A DNA stretch of 64,000 nucleotides from a virus: positions 1 through 64,000 of IMG/VR virus record IMGVR_UViG_3300028034_000051, one strand, 5' to 3'. Positions 1 through 8,425 of this stretch are shown piece by piece; the stretch's first letter is position 1, and every line of letters starts with the position of its first letter. The position numbers and the translations under genes are program-made. The notes below the pieces were generated by a model. The model ran no database searches. It was given only the letters and a program-made list of their open reading frames with translations, and had not been told where the DNA came from.

Positions 1-127
1 ATGATCACCTCCATTTTTTGCATTAAAAAAGACACCCTTTCAGGAGTCTACGAAGTTATTGCATATATTAATGACGCTATTGCTACAAGCCACCCGCCCC
101 ATTTTCTAATTGTTTCTGCTAATTCAT
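1..127. repeat. 127-bp exact repeat shared with 43667..43793 (3' end of holin-like gene plus endolysin leader)
   Basis: Base-by-base identity of 1..127 with 43667..43793; sequences diverge immediately after. Confidence 0.95.
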
Positions 128-329
128 ATTTACCTTGTGATGTATTACTAATCTCACTTATCTTCTTTTCATTTTCAGCAGAAAGTTTCAGGGTTTCTCC
201 TAAATCTTGTCTTAATCCATTATATTTTCTAATTATCTCTCTAGTCTCTGATAATTCATCATGCAGCCTTTGGATCATCTCGAATAGATCCTTATTACTA
301 TACCATTGTTGCTTTTCATCACCTGCCAT
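48..329 (-). CDS. Holin-like protein (N-terminal coiled coil, C-terminal TM helix)
   Basis: C-terminal WGGWLVAIASLIYAITS; paralog at 43714..43992 lies directly upstream of the endolysin. Confidence 0.7.
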   Translation of the reverse strand: MAGDEKQQWYSNKDLFEMIQRLHDELSETREIIRKYNGLRQDLGETLKLSAENEKKISEISNTSQGKYELAETIRKWGGWLVAIASLIYAITS

Positions 330-330
330 T

Positions 331-1407
331 CTAATACCCCCCTTCCAAGTCCATACCCCTAAATACTTTCTTTTTTAGATTATGACTGTTGCAGTGCTTA
401 AGAATTCCTAAATATGACTGGATAGTAGAGTTTAGCTCATCATATTCTATCTCTCCTTCCTCATACTTGCGTTTTTTATACTTGATATTCTTTCTCATTT
501 TCTTTTTAGTGCTCTTGCGAAGTTTACGATGTGTCGGCCAAATAACATAACCCATGAAATCAATACCCAGTGTTATTGGTCTTACCGCAGTCTTATTGTT
601 AAGCTTTAGTTCTAAATATTCATCTAAGAATATTTCTATCTCTTTCCTGATTCTGTGTAACTCTTTCTTGCTCTTACCTAGAATAACGAAGTCATCCATA
701 TACCTTATATAGTGTCTAACTCTAAGAGTATGCTTAACATACTTATCAAGCCAATCTAAATATATATTAGCAAATAGTTGCGACATTAAGTTTCCAATTG
801 GTATTCCTATTCCTTTGATTTTCTCTTTCTCAAAATGATGGTCTCCTAATTGAATTCCAAACTCTCCATCGTCTTTCTTAATGATAGTCCAGAGCAAGTC
901 TAATGTATCCTGACATCCTATCTTCCTTCCAATAATCTGTATTAATCTTTTGTGATTAATCCTGTAGAAGTATTTAGCTATGTCAGCTTTGAGATAATAA
1001 GTTTTTCCTGGACTCCTATCCATCTTTCTTAGCCAATACTGCAACTGATCAGCAGCATAATGAGTACCTTTGCCTTTTCTGCAAGCACAAGAATATTGAT
1101 AGAATACTTTATCAAAGATAGGATATAATTGACGATATATTGCCCACTGGACTACTCGATCACGAAAAGGTAACGCCATAATTAACCTTTGTTTTGGTTC
1201 GTACACGTAAAATTGATGATATTCACCTGGTGTATATTCTTTGTGGATTAGTTCATTTTGGATTTGAATAAGGTTAGATTCTAATTGTGAGCTAAATTTC
1301 AGTACTTGATTTTGATATCTTTTAGATTTTCTAGCTTCTCTATAAGATAAATATAAGTTTTCGAAATCATATATCTTAGAGTATAAATTTCTTATCTTTT
1401 TAGGAAT
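331..1407 (-). CDS. DGR reverse transcriptase (probable ATT start at 1407; ORF track extends to 1446)
   Basis: YIRYMDDF catalytic motif, GIPIGNLMSQ (IGxxxSQ) DGR-type motif, no endonuclease domain, next to TR and avd; RBS AGGAGTGAT before ATT CCT AAA. Confidence 0.95.
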   Translation of the reverse strand: MPKKIRNLYSKIYDFENLYLSYREARKSKRYQNQVLKFSSQLESNLIQIQNELIHKEYTPGEYHQFYVYEPKQRLIMALPFRDRVVQWAIYRQLYPIFDKVFYQYSCACRKGKGTHYAADQLQYWLRKMDRSPGKTYYLKADIAKYFYRINHKRLIQIIGRKIGCQDTLDLLWTIIKKDDGEFGIQLGDHHFEKEKIKGIGIPIGNLMSQLFANIYLDWLDKYVKHTLRVRHYIRYMDDFVILGKSKKELHRIRKEIEIFLDEYLELKLNNKTAVRPITLGIDFMGYVIWPTHRKLRKSTKKKMRKNIKYKKRKYEEGEIEYDELNSTIQSYLGILKHCNSHNLKKKVFRGMDLEGGY

Positions 1408-1431
1408 AGTATCACTCCTAGATTGATGTTG

Positions 1432-1600
1432 TGCCGAGCGTAACAACTTTCGACTAAGCTACTAGTTGTTTTCTCGGCAATTTATATTTTTTGCTGGATT
1501 GACCTTTGAGGTATCTCAGCAAGGACCAAGGGCCTGTTCCTCAAAGAAACACTGTAACAATAGCCGTAACTATTATTATCTATAAAAAATGTATGAAGAG
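1432..1600 (-). ncRNA. Structured DGR spacer RNA between TR and RT
   Basis: Stems TGCCGAG/CTCGGCA plus AACAACT/AGTTGTT with AGUA/GAA internal motif (1432..1479), CTTTGAGG/CCTCAAAG (1504..1546), small hairpin 1559..1574. Confidence 0.65.
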
Positions 1601-1713
1601 CACAGGCCAGGCGGCACCCATTATTCGTGTTCACATTCCACGGTCTGTTGTTCAAGTTGACAGTCCGAGCACCACAGTGAACGCCATCATTCCAATTGCC
1701 GCCGGCATGGAAA
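1601..1713 (-). repeat. DGR template repeat (TR), 113 bp
   Basis: Aligns without gaps to 2123..2235; all 15 mismatches are A in TR on the minus strand; 9 AAY codons in target frame. Confidence 0.97.
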
Positions 1714-1736
1714 TAACGCCCTCAACCCTGTAAAAT

Positions 1737-2066
1737 TTATAATGATTTAAGCCATCCTCCAAGTAACCTGCCTAATTCACTAACTTTTTTAGCAGCATTC
1801 TCATACTTTTTATGACTTAGATATTTTCTTTCATGAGCAAATCTGATAAGTAACTTTAATTCTTCAAGCATAACATCTATATCATATAGCTTTTGTTTCT
1901 TCTTTCTTGATTTATTAGCTCTGATTATCTTCCTTTCTATATCAATAACTAAATTTTTAATCTGCGTGCATAGAACAAACTTCTCAAATTTCGGAAAGTT
2001 GTCTACAATCGGGAAAAACCACAGCATAAAATCGTATGTCTTTTGGTAGATTGTTAATTTCTCTAT
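1737..2066 (-). CDS. avd: DGR accessory variability determinant (four-helix bundle); probable ATA start at 2066
   Basis: (M)EKLTIYQKTYDFMLWFFP..FPKFEKFVL..ELGRLLGGWLK signature; located between VR and TR. Confidence 0.92.
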   Translation of the reverse strand: MEKLTIYQKTYDFMLWFFPIVDNFPKFEKFVLCTQIKNLVIDIERKIIRANKSRKKKQKLYDIDVMLEELKLLIRFAHERKYLSHKKYENAAKKVSELGRLLGGWLKSL

Positions 2067-2111
2067 ATTATCACAACCTTAATACAGATATTCAGATTAC
2101 AGAATACAGAT

Positions 2112-3149
2112 TTACAAAGGATCACAGGCCAGGCGGCACCCACCAGTCGTGCCCACAGTCCACGGTCTGGAGCTCAAGTAGACAGTCCGAGCACCACAGC
2201 GAACGCCATCATGCCAAGAGCCGCCGGCAGGGAAAGCTACTAAACCATTATTATTAGGTAGATGCATATCACCGTAACCATCCCAACCAGATTCCATACT
2301 TTCATCAAAATCTGTAGCTGGATCATACCATTGCCAAGTTGTGCTATCTTGCCTAATAGACAATTCATCTAACCATTCCCAAACGTTACCTGCACAATCT
2401 ACAATATTATAATTACTAATAGCATTAACTACTGTTCCTGTAGCTGTTCTTCCGCTATTAGAAGTTGCAGACCAGGCATTAACGTTGTCTCCGTCATTAC
2501 CTTGCGGACTTCCTTGTGCTGCTTGTATCCATTCAGACATTGATAGCATTCTTTTTTCAACCTTTGCAGCTCTTTCTGCAAAATTATACCAACTTAAACC
2601 TTCTGAACCAGTTGCAGGAGTTGCATTATATCTACTTTCTAATCCACCTTGACCGTCTTCAGAAGCTAAATATATATCTACCCAAATATTTCCTACCTTA
2701 GCCATCCCTTCGGGTGAACACTTAGGACGATTAACTAAGTCCCAAACTGAATTAGGAACAATGCCTTCTGCTACATCTCCAGCAAGGCTACCTGTCCTAA
2801 TTCTTGCGTAGTGAAATCCACCGATTTTTCTAGTATTGTCTGCATTCGGGGTTTCTCCAGAAGGCATTGAGCTTGGATAAGTAGAATTAAGTGAAAGAAT
2901 AAAGTCAGGCTCTACACCTTCAGCAGGTTGACATGCATATACATAGTAATCAGTACCTACTGCAAAACTAGAAAAACTGCCATCATTATCGGCAGCTGCT
3001 AATGTAGTTATATTTTCTATTTTCAAATTTTGCCTATCAATTCGTAATGCTAATGGTGGAATATCTACACTTTCTGCTCCATCTGTTTTTTGAATGTTAC
3101 CTTTCGCATTATAAAACGCTGGGCTATCTACTCCTACTAAGCTGAGCAT
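2112..3149 (-). CDS. DGR target: Mtd-like receptor-binding tail protein, C-type lectin (FGE-sulfatase-like) fold
   Basis: GTDYYVYAC and RKIGGFHY (Mtd-like N-terminus), DCAGNVWEW, GGSW, C-terminal VR; last gene of the tail module. Confidence 0.9.
   Translation of the reverse strand: MLSLVGVDSPAFYNAKGNIQKTDGAESVDIPPLALRIDRQNLKIENITTLAAADNDGSFSSFAVGTDYYVYACQPAEGVEPDFILSLNSTYPSSMPSGETPNADNTRKIGGFHYARIRTGSLAGDVAEGIVPNSVWDLVNRPKCSPEGMAKVGNIWVDIYLASEDGQGGLESRYNATPATGSEGLSWYNFAERAAKVEKRMLSMSEWIQAAQGSPQGNDGDNVNAWSATSNSGRTATGTVVNAISNYNIVDCAGNVWEWLDELSIRQDSTTWQWYDPATDFDESMESGWDGYGDMHLPNNNGLVAFPAGGSWHDGVRCGARTVYLSSRPWTVGTTGGCRLACDPL
2123..2235 (-). repeat. DGR variable repeat (VR)
   Basis: Encodes FPAGGSWHDGVRCGARTVYLSSRPWTVGTTGGCRLAC versus TR FHAGGNWNDGVHCGARTVNLNNRPWNVNTNNGCRLAC. 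Confidence 0.97.
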
Positions 3150-3457
3150 TTATCAATCACCTCTTGAACTTCAGTTTCAGTAAATCCTAATTGTTTCATT
3201 TTTGAATCTGGATTATCAACTAATTTATACTGTACTATTTTTTCAGTGCCATCTTGATTTTCTTCAGTCATTACTATATAATCTTGTGCTGGACCAGTTC
3301 TATCACTTTCAGATACAAGCTGTTTATCAAATACATAATGTTTGTCAGCGTTTAATAATGCTTGATATACATCTTTGACTTGCGATGTGTAACCAAAGTC
3401 GTCTATAATATTGTCATAATCTTCTCTTGAGTTAAGTCTTTTTGGAAATTCTTTCAT
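3137..3457 (-). CDS. Phage protein upstream of DGR target (possible fibre chaperone/adaptor)
   Basis: ORF overlapping target start; position in tail module. Confidence 0.55.
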   Translation of the reverse strand: MKEFPKRLNSREDYDNIIDDFGYTSQVKDVYQALLNADKHYVFDKQLVSESDRTGPAQDYIVMTEENQDGTEKIVQYKLVDNPDSKMKQLGFTETEVQEVIDKCSA

Positions 3458-3458
3458 A

Positions 3459-3839
3459 TTATACCTCCTCTAGTGCTAATGAACCGCCTATTACTTTTAA
3501 TGAGTAACTTTTAGTTTGATCTTGTTCATCTTGAAACTTTGGCGAAATCAAATTCCAAGTAGATCCATCACTTCTATACCATCTATTTTCATCAGTGGCA
3601 AAGAAAATATAATTTTTATTATCACTACTTGCTGCTGGTCGATTTGCTAATGTATCAAATGTAATAGATGTGTCCAGGTCAGTCAAAGCTTGAATTACAT
3701 GATAGAAAAAGAAATCAAAAGTTGCTGCATCAGGACTTTCTCCTGCTAAAAAATCTCTTGTACCTGCATCTCTAAATATACCTGGCGCTTCCCAATCTTC
3801 AGGTATATTTGGCGTTCTATTTCCTGTTTTCGTTGACAT
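3459..3839 (-). CDS. Short tail fibre/adaptor protein
   Basis: FATDENRWYRSDGSTW motif common in fibre proteins; follows baseplate genes. Confidence 0.55.
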   Translation of the reverse strand: MSTKTGNRTPNIPEDWEAPGIFRDAGTRDFLAGESPDAATFDFFFYHVIQALTDLDTSITFDTLANRPAASSDNKNYIFFATDENRWYRSDGSTWNLISPKFQDEQDQTKSYSLKVIGGSLALEEV

Positions 3840-3853
3840 TTAATTCACCTCTC

Positions 3854-4540
3854 TTATAATGGCAATGGTGTCTGCTCTGGCGGATCATAGTAAGCACCTA
3901 ATGTACCATTACCAAATCCTTTATCAGTGTCATATTCTGGCTGATCATAAGTATCTGAAAATTTAAATGTACCCTTCCAGCCTAAATCAACTTTCACTCC
4001 ACCAGCTGCTATCTTCTCTATCAATTCAAGAAACCACTGACGAGAAAATCCAATACTATTAATAGCTTCTGGAGGAATATATATCATTAATCTGGCCACA
4101 TCTTTCCTATCAGTAGCTAAGGTTCCTTTTCCAAAACCATATTCTGAATCATATTCTGGTTCATCATATTTTCTACTAAAATGAAAAGTCCCCCAATGTG
4201 GTTCCTCTATTTTAACTTGATCATTATTAATATCAAAAATAGTTGCTAGAATTTCTATAATCTCATTGATAGTTCCGCTAGATAAGTTAATCTTAGTTCT
4301 AGCTTTAAGAAGTATTCGATATATCTTATCATTTAGTGGGCCACGTTCCTGCTTGATATTCTCACCAATGCGATCTAAATTTTGACCATAAGCTTTATCA
4401 ATAATCCTAGTGTCTTGAATTGCATTTATCTCGTTTTTAAGATTATCTAAATCAACACTAGTCATAGTCAACAGTTTATAATTGTTCTTATCACTATCCT
4501 TGTTATAAACATCTGGTAGTCTTTTGACTAAATTAGACAA
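3854..4540 (-). CDS. Baseplate wedge protein (DUF2612/gp48-like); probable TTG start at 4540
   Basis: AYGQNLDRIGENI and D..YR..LKA motifs; follows baseplate J. Confidence 0.75.
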   Translation of the reverse strand: MSNLVKRLPDVYNKDSDKNNYKLLTMTSVDLDNLKNEINAIQDTRIIDKAYGQNLDRIGENIKQERGPLNDKIYRILLKARTKINLSSGTINEIIEILATIFDINNDQVKIEEPHWGTFHFSRKYDEPEYDSEYGFGKGTLATDRKDVARLMIYIPPEAINSIGFSRQWFLELIEKIAAGGVKVDLGWKGTFKFSDTYDQPEYDTDKGFGNGTLGAYYDPPEQTPLPL

Positions 4541-5729
4541 TATTAACCACCACCTTATCTGCATCAGTAGTAGCAACATACCTAGTACCAATAGTGATGT
4601 TAGAAGTTCCACTAGGCGGACTAACTGTGTCTATAGTCAAATTTAAATCTTCAACACCTGGTATGCTCATGGCTGTGTCTATACATTTGTTATAAATGAC
4701 ATCCCCCCCTAAACTAAGACCCAATAAAATCTCTCCTTGTGAATCAGCACCACCTATATAATTAATTACTGCATCTTGAACTTGAGTCTTGCCATCACTC
4801 GGAAACTTTGAATCATCTACATTGGTTAGATCAACAGTAACATATATTTGTTCTTCTATTGCTCTAGAAAGTTTAATTATTTTATCTTGACCACTATCAT
4901 CTTGTAAAGTATAGGTTTCATCAGTACCATACGCTTTTATTCCACCGGCTTTTTTCTCTAGTATTGCTTTAGCTATTTCTTCTCCTATGCCACCAAGAAC
5001 TACAGTCTCTATTGCTTTTGGCGGGATATTATCTACTGTACTAAATGAATCATTCTCAATAACTTTAGCAGCTCTAACGCCATCGACCTCTAATACATTA
5101 GCTAAAATAGAATCTGTTGTTGATCCACCAGGCTTATTAACTGAGTCGAGATATCTTAATCTAAGCCGATAATCAGTTTCCCTATCTTGACCACCTTCAG
5201 TAGCACTACTATTAGTTACTGAATCCAAACCAGAAATAGGATTAGTAATTACAGTAATGGTATTAGCAGCAACTCTAGTATGAGCTCCCTTTTCTATTGA
5301 TTCAATGTTTAATGTAATACTACCAGTAGAATCAATAGTACCGCTTTCAGTAGTCTTAAATTGAATAGCTGGGTCTGTATCTGTTTCGATTTTAGTACCT
5401 ATCGGTATTACTGTGTCTTGATCGCCATTAAAAGTTGCTGAACCTATAGAAACAGTTGGTTCCTTTCGCGAAATACCATTTCGTGCAACAAAGTTATCAA
5501 GTTGCTGTCCACTCACAGAAAAAATATAGGCACTATTGTAAACTTCTTCTGCCATATCCCAAGCTAATGCAGTTTCAAAAGCATTTAATTTGATGTATTT
5601 ACCCAACGGAGAATCATCCTCTAAGTTTATATCATTACCAAATAAATTTCTAGCTCTTGCTTTCTGATCAGCAACTATTTCTTCAAAAGTCTTTTTATTA
5701 AATCCTCGTTCATTTACTCCATATTCCAC
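4533..5729 (-). CDS. Baseplate J/gp47 family protein
   Basis: GQDRETDYRLRLR motif, size and synteny. Confidence 0.9.
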   Translation of the reverse strand: MEYGVNERGFNKKTFEEIVADQKARARNLFGNDINLEDDSPLGKYIKLNAFETALAWDMAEEVYNSAYIFSVSGQQLDNFVARNGISRKEPTVSIGSATFNGDQDTVIPIGTKIETDTDPAIQFKTTESGTIDSTGSITLNIESIEKGAHTRVAANTITVITNPISGLDSVTNSSATEGGQDRETDYRLRLRYLDSVNKPGGSTTDSILANVLEVDGVRAAKVIENDSFSTVDNIPPKAIETVVLGGIGEEIAKAILEKKAGGIKAYGTDETYTLQDDSGQDKIIKLSRAIEEQIYVTVDLTNVDDSKFPSDGKTQVQDAVINYIGGADSQGEILLGLSLGGDVIYNKCIDTAMSIPGVEDLNLTIDTVSPPSGTSNITIGTRYVATTDADKVVVNIV

Positions 5730-5742
5730 ACAATATCACCTC

Positions 5743-6099
5743 CTATATTTCAACTGACTGCTTAAAATCATCACCTGTAGTTAATGTTCCAGATATATCA
5801 ATTACTGCATCACGAGTAGCATTATCAGTGTTTATTTCAATACTATTTATTGATTCAATAGCATCATCAGATTCTAGTGTTTTAACAATTTCTTGCTTAA
5901 TCTCATCTTCTTTTGCTTTGTTCCCTAAAAGTTTAAGCCACGGAATGCCAAAATTCAAATTAAGAAACCACTCACCTTTGCGAGTTGATAAAGAAATTTT
6001 ATTTCGTTGTCTAACTTCATCTGCTCCTTCTACCATTTTTAAATTTCCTAGATTATCAAACTCAATATCACCATTATCATTAAGATATAAACTCTTCAT
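5743..6099 (-). CDS. Baseplate/sheath initiator (gp25-like, DUF2634)
   Basis: KGEWFLNLNFGIPW motif; precedes baseplate J. Confidence 0.8.
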   Translation of the reverse strand: MKSLYLNDNGDIEFDNLGNLKMVEGADEVRQRNKISLSTRKGEWFLNLNFGIPWLKLLGNKAKEDEIKQEIVKTLESDDAIESINSIEINTDNATRDAVIDISGTLTTGDDFKQSVEI

Positions 6100-6103
6100 A
6101 TTA

Positions 6104-6760
6104 TCATTCCACCTTTACTTTACTTGATGGATCAGGGCAAGATTGATTAGGAGAACCTGTGTTCCCACTTCCTGGATCATGACCCCATGTATAAGGATGT
6201 GTATGACCATCTAAATAAGCTTTAACCACATCACCTAATAAGACTCCTTCACTAGCACCATCTGAACCTAATTTAAGAAGATTAGTAGTCTCTAGTATGA
6301 TATTGCCTGCTTTCTTCATAATCACTTTCTCGTTAGTATCTTGGTTCATAATGAGGAAATCTTCTGTGTTGGAGGATGGCAGGTTAGCTTCTTGTTCTGT
6401 TTTTAGCCCAGAAATAACCACTGCATCATCTAAAGAATGTGTTCTAGTATATTCAACCGACTCTGGATCACCAGTAATGATAAGTTTATCTAGAGCTCGC
6501 TCATTAAATAGCACCTGGACCACATCTCCTTTGCTATAAGGTGGCCTTATTACGAAATGTCCAGCATTAAAATGAGCAACAGGGCATTCTACTACTGGTG
6601 GAATTATTACTTCTTCGCCCTCTAGTTCTTTTTTAGCTAACAATGTCACTTTAGCCCTCATTTTCTCTGGATCATACTCTTCAATTTTTGCCGGCAATGC
6701 TACATGAAGTTCGTTTAGTTCTTGATCAAGCATGTTTTTAACCATTTTACTAACTTGCAT
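6104..6760 (-). CDS. Tail spike (Gp138/GpV-like)
   Basis: N-terminal OB-fold motifs, C-terminal HTH metal-binding histidines (GHTHP). Confidence 0.8.
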   Translation of the reverse strand: MQVSKMVKNMLDQELNELHVALPAKIEEYDPEKMRAKVTLLAKKELEGEEVIIPPVVECPVAHFNAGHFVIRPPYSKGDVVQVLFNERALDKLIITGDPESVEYTRTHSLDDAVVISGLKTEQEANLPSSNTEDFLIMNQDTNEKVIMKKAGNIILETTNLLKLGSDGASEGVLLGDVVKAYLDGHTHPYTWGHDPGSGNTGSPNQSCPDPSSKVKVE

Positions 6761-7565
6761 ATTTGCTCACCTCAATCTCAGTAACAAAATCATTACCGCT
6801 CTTTCTATGAGTACCTTTATTAACTCTATATAAACCTTCGATAGTCTTAGACTCAATTTTAACTATTGAATCAGTATGAATACGATAATTTAATAATGAT
6901 TGAACCTTATATGCTTCTTCTTTAGCTGAAGCATCATCGACAACTTGAGGAATTGCAATAAGTCCTGTCTCTGAATTTAATTTTACTATTTGTCTTGTGC
7001 CTTTACCTTCTGGCCTTAAGTAGACTCTGCCACGACTGACGTGTAATTTTAGTCCCAAGTCATTCTTAATCTCGTTTAGTGCTTTCTGGATAGTAGTAGA
7101 AAACGTTTTCCCTTTAGAATAAGTCTTATCTTTGGTTATCTGTAGATCTCCTATTTCAAGTGGCAGTTCATTAATTAAGTCTTTTGCTACTTGACTAGCT
7201 CTAATTCCTGCCCTCCAGGTGCGATTAATTGTTGAATTAAGCCACTCTTTAGTAGCATCTCCTATAACAACCTCTGTCATTTTCTCAGTGCCATTCCATC
7301 TAGTGCTGCAATTATTAATAATACCGGGCAAAAGAGTTCCAACATCCCCCTTATACCCGGCTTTTAACAAAAAGGTAGTGTCTTTTTTAAGCTTTTGAAT
7401 TGTCTTGTCAGCTAAATTAAATAATCTTATGTGACCAGTATTGCCATTTGATTCAGCGTTAAAATTAATTTCAAATTCTATATTTAATCCAGGATATTTA
7501 ATTACTTTATCATTGGGTAAATACAGTTCAATTCGTTGCCCAAAAGCTCTAATCACTGTTATCAC
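6750..7565 (-). CDS. Baseplate hub protein
   Basis: LFNLA, LKAGYKGD, LNSETGLI motifs; precedes spike. Confidence 0.75.
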   Translation of the reverse strand: MITVIRAFGQRIELYLPNDKVIKYPGLNIEFEINFNAESNGNTGHIRLFNLADKTIQKLKKDTTFLLKAGYKGDVGTLLPGIINNCSTRWNGTEKMTEVVIGDATKEWLNSTINRTWRAGIRASQVAKDLINELPLEIGDLQITKDKTYSKGKTFSTTIQKALNEIKNDLGLKLHVSRGRVYLRPEGKGTRQIVKLNSETGLIAIPQVVDDASAKEEAYKVQSLLNYRIHTDSIVKIESKTIEGLYRVNKGTHRKSGNDFVTEIEVSKYAS

Positions 7566-7914
7566 CTACTACAATGTAAGTTTTAACTGACTGCATGAAA
7601 TTATCAAATGTGATTCCAATCTTTTCAGCCTGCCCTGTCTTATCGAGTGGTATTATTTTTACATTCGTCGGCAGCCGATCATCAATTATATTTTCTAATA
7701 TATTTACTCCATATACGATCCTGCGGCCATAGATAATTGGGTTTTCTTCCTTATCAAATAGATTGAAACTAAAAAATTCTCCTTGAGCATTATAAAAAAC
7801 TTCAAATATTAATTCAGCATCTTTTAAGTTAATTGTAAATTTATCTGGTTTCTTATTTATATTTTCTGTTTTTATCGGTAAGTAATTAACTACTGCCATT
7901 GGAATCACCACCAA
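7549..7914 (-). CDS. Small baseplate protein
   Basis: Synteny between Dit-like and hub genes. Confidence 0.6.
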   Translation of the reverse strand: MVVIPMAVVNYLPIKTENINKKPDKFTINLKDAELIFEVFYNAQGEFFSFNLFDKEENPIIYGRRIVYGVNILENIIDDRLPTNVKIIPLDKTGQAEKIGITFDNFMQSVKTYIVVGDNSD

Positions 7915-8425
7915 TATTAAAAACTTTTCCTATAGAGTATAAGAAAGAATCATCTGATGTATTCTCATCTACCTCTTCGCTATTAGAGTCTCTCTTCTCT
8001 GATTCTCCAGCATCAGCTTGAGCCTGCTTTCCTGTAACAGGATCCTTTCCAAGATTAATAGTAGCAGTCTCCTGTTCAGCTATTCTTATTTGCTTAAGAG
8101 ACATAGAACCACGAAATCCGTTAGCTACATCAACAGCATTGCTGATACTTAATGAAGTAATAGCCATGTTAGGATATGTTCTTAATTCTTTTACATCAGT
8201 ATAATCAAATACTTGATCAGAGTCTCGTATATCCTGTAATTTATCTCTGCGATCTTCGGCATCTAAACCTGCAATTGTAAAATCAATAGACAGCTCTACT
8301 GGCTTATGATTAATATGATCGCCAATCTCTGCGCCATCTTCAACAGGTTTACTGGTCACTTCATTTCTATAATCAATATTTTCAGTTTTAACAACATTAA
8401 TCTCTACATCTCCTAAAAAAGACAT
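7886..8425 (-). CDS. Dit-like/tail tube initiator protein
   Basis: PVEDGAEIGDHI motif; follows tape measure. Confidence 0.7.
   Translation of the reverse strand: MSFLGDVEINVVKTENIDYRNEVTSKPVEDGAEIGDHINHKPVELSIDFTIAGLDAEDRRDKLQDIRDSDQVFDYTDVKELRTYPNMAITSLSISNAVDVANGFRGSMSLKQIRIAEQETATINLGKDPVTGKQAQADAGESEKRDSNSEEVDENTSDDSFLYSIGKVFNIGGDSNGSS

Noticed and set aside
331-1446. RT as group II intron or retron
   Set aside because: IGxxxSQ motif, no endonuclease domain, and adjacent avd/TR/VR identify a DGR
1506-1733. Plus-strand ORF over TR (also 2036..2257 over VR)
   Set aside because: Antisense to DGR elements, no RBS or recognisable product
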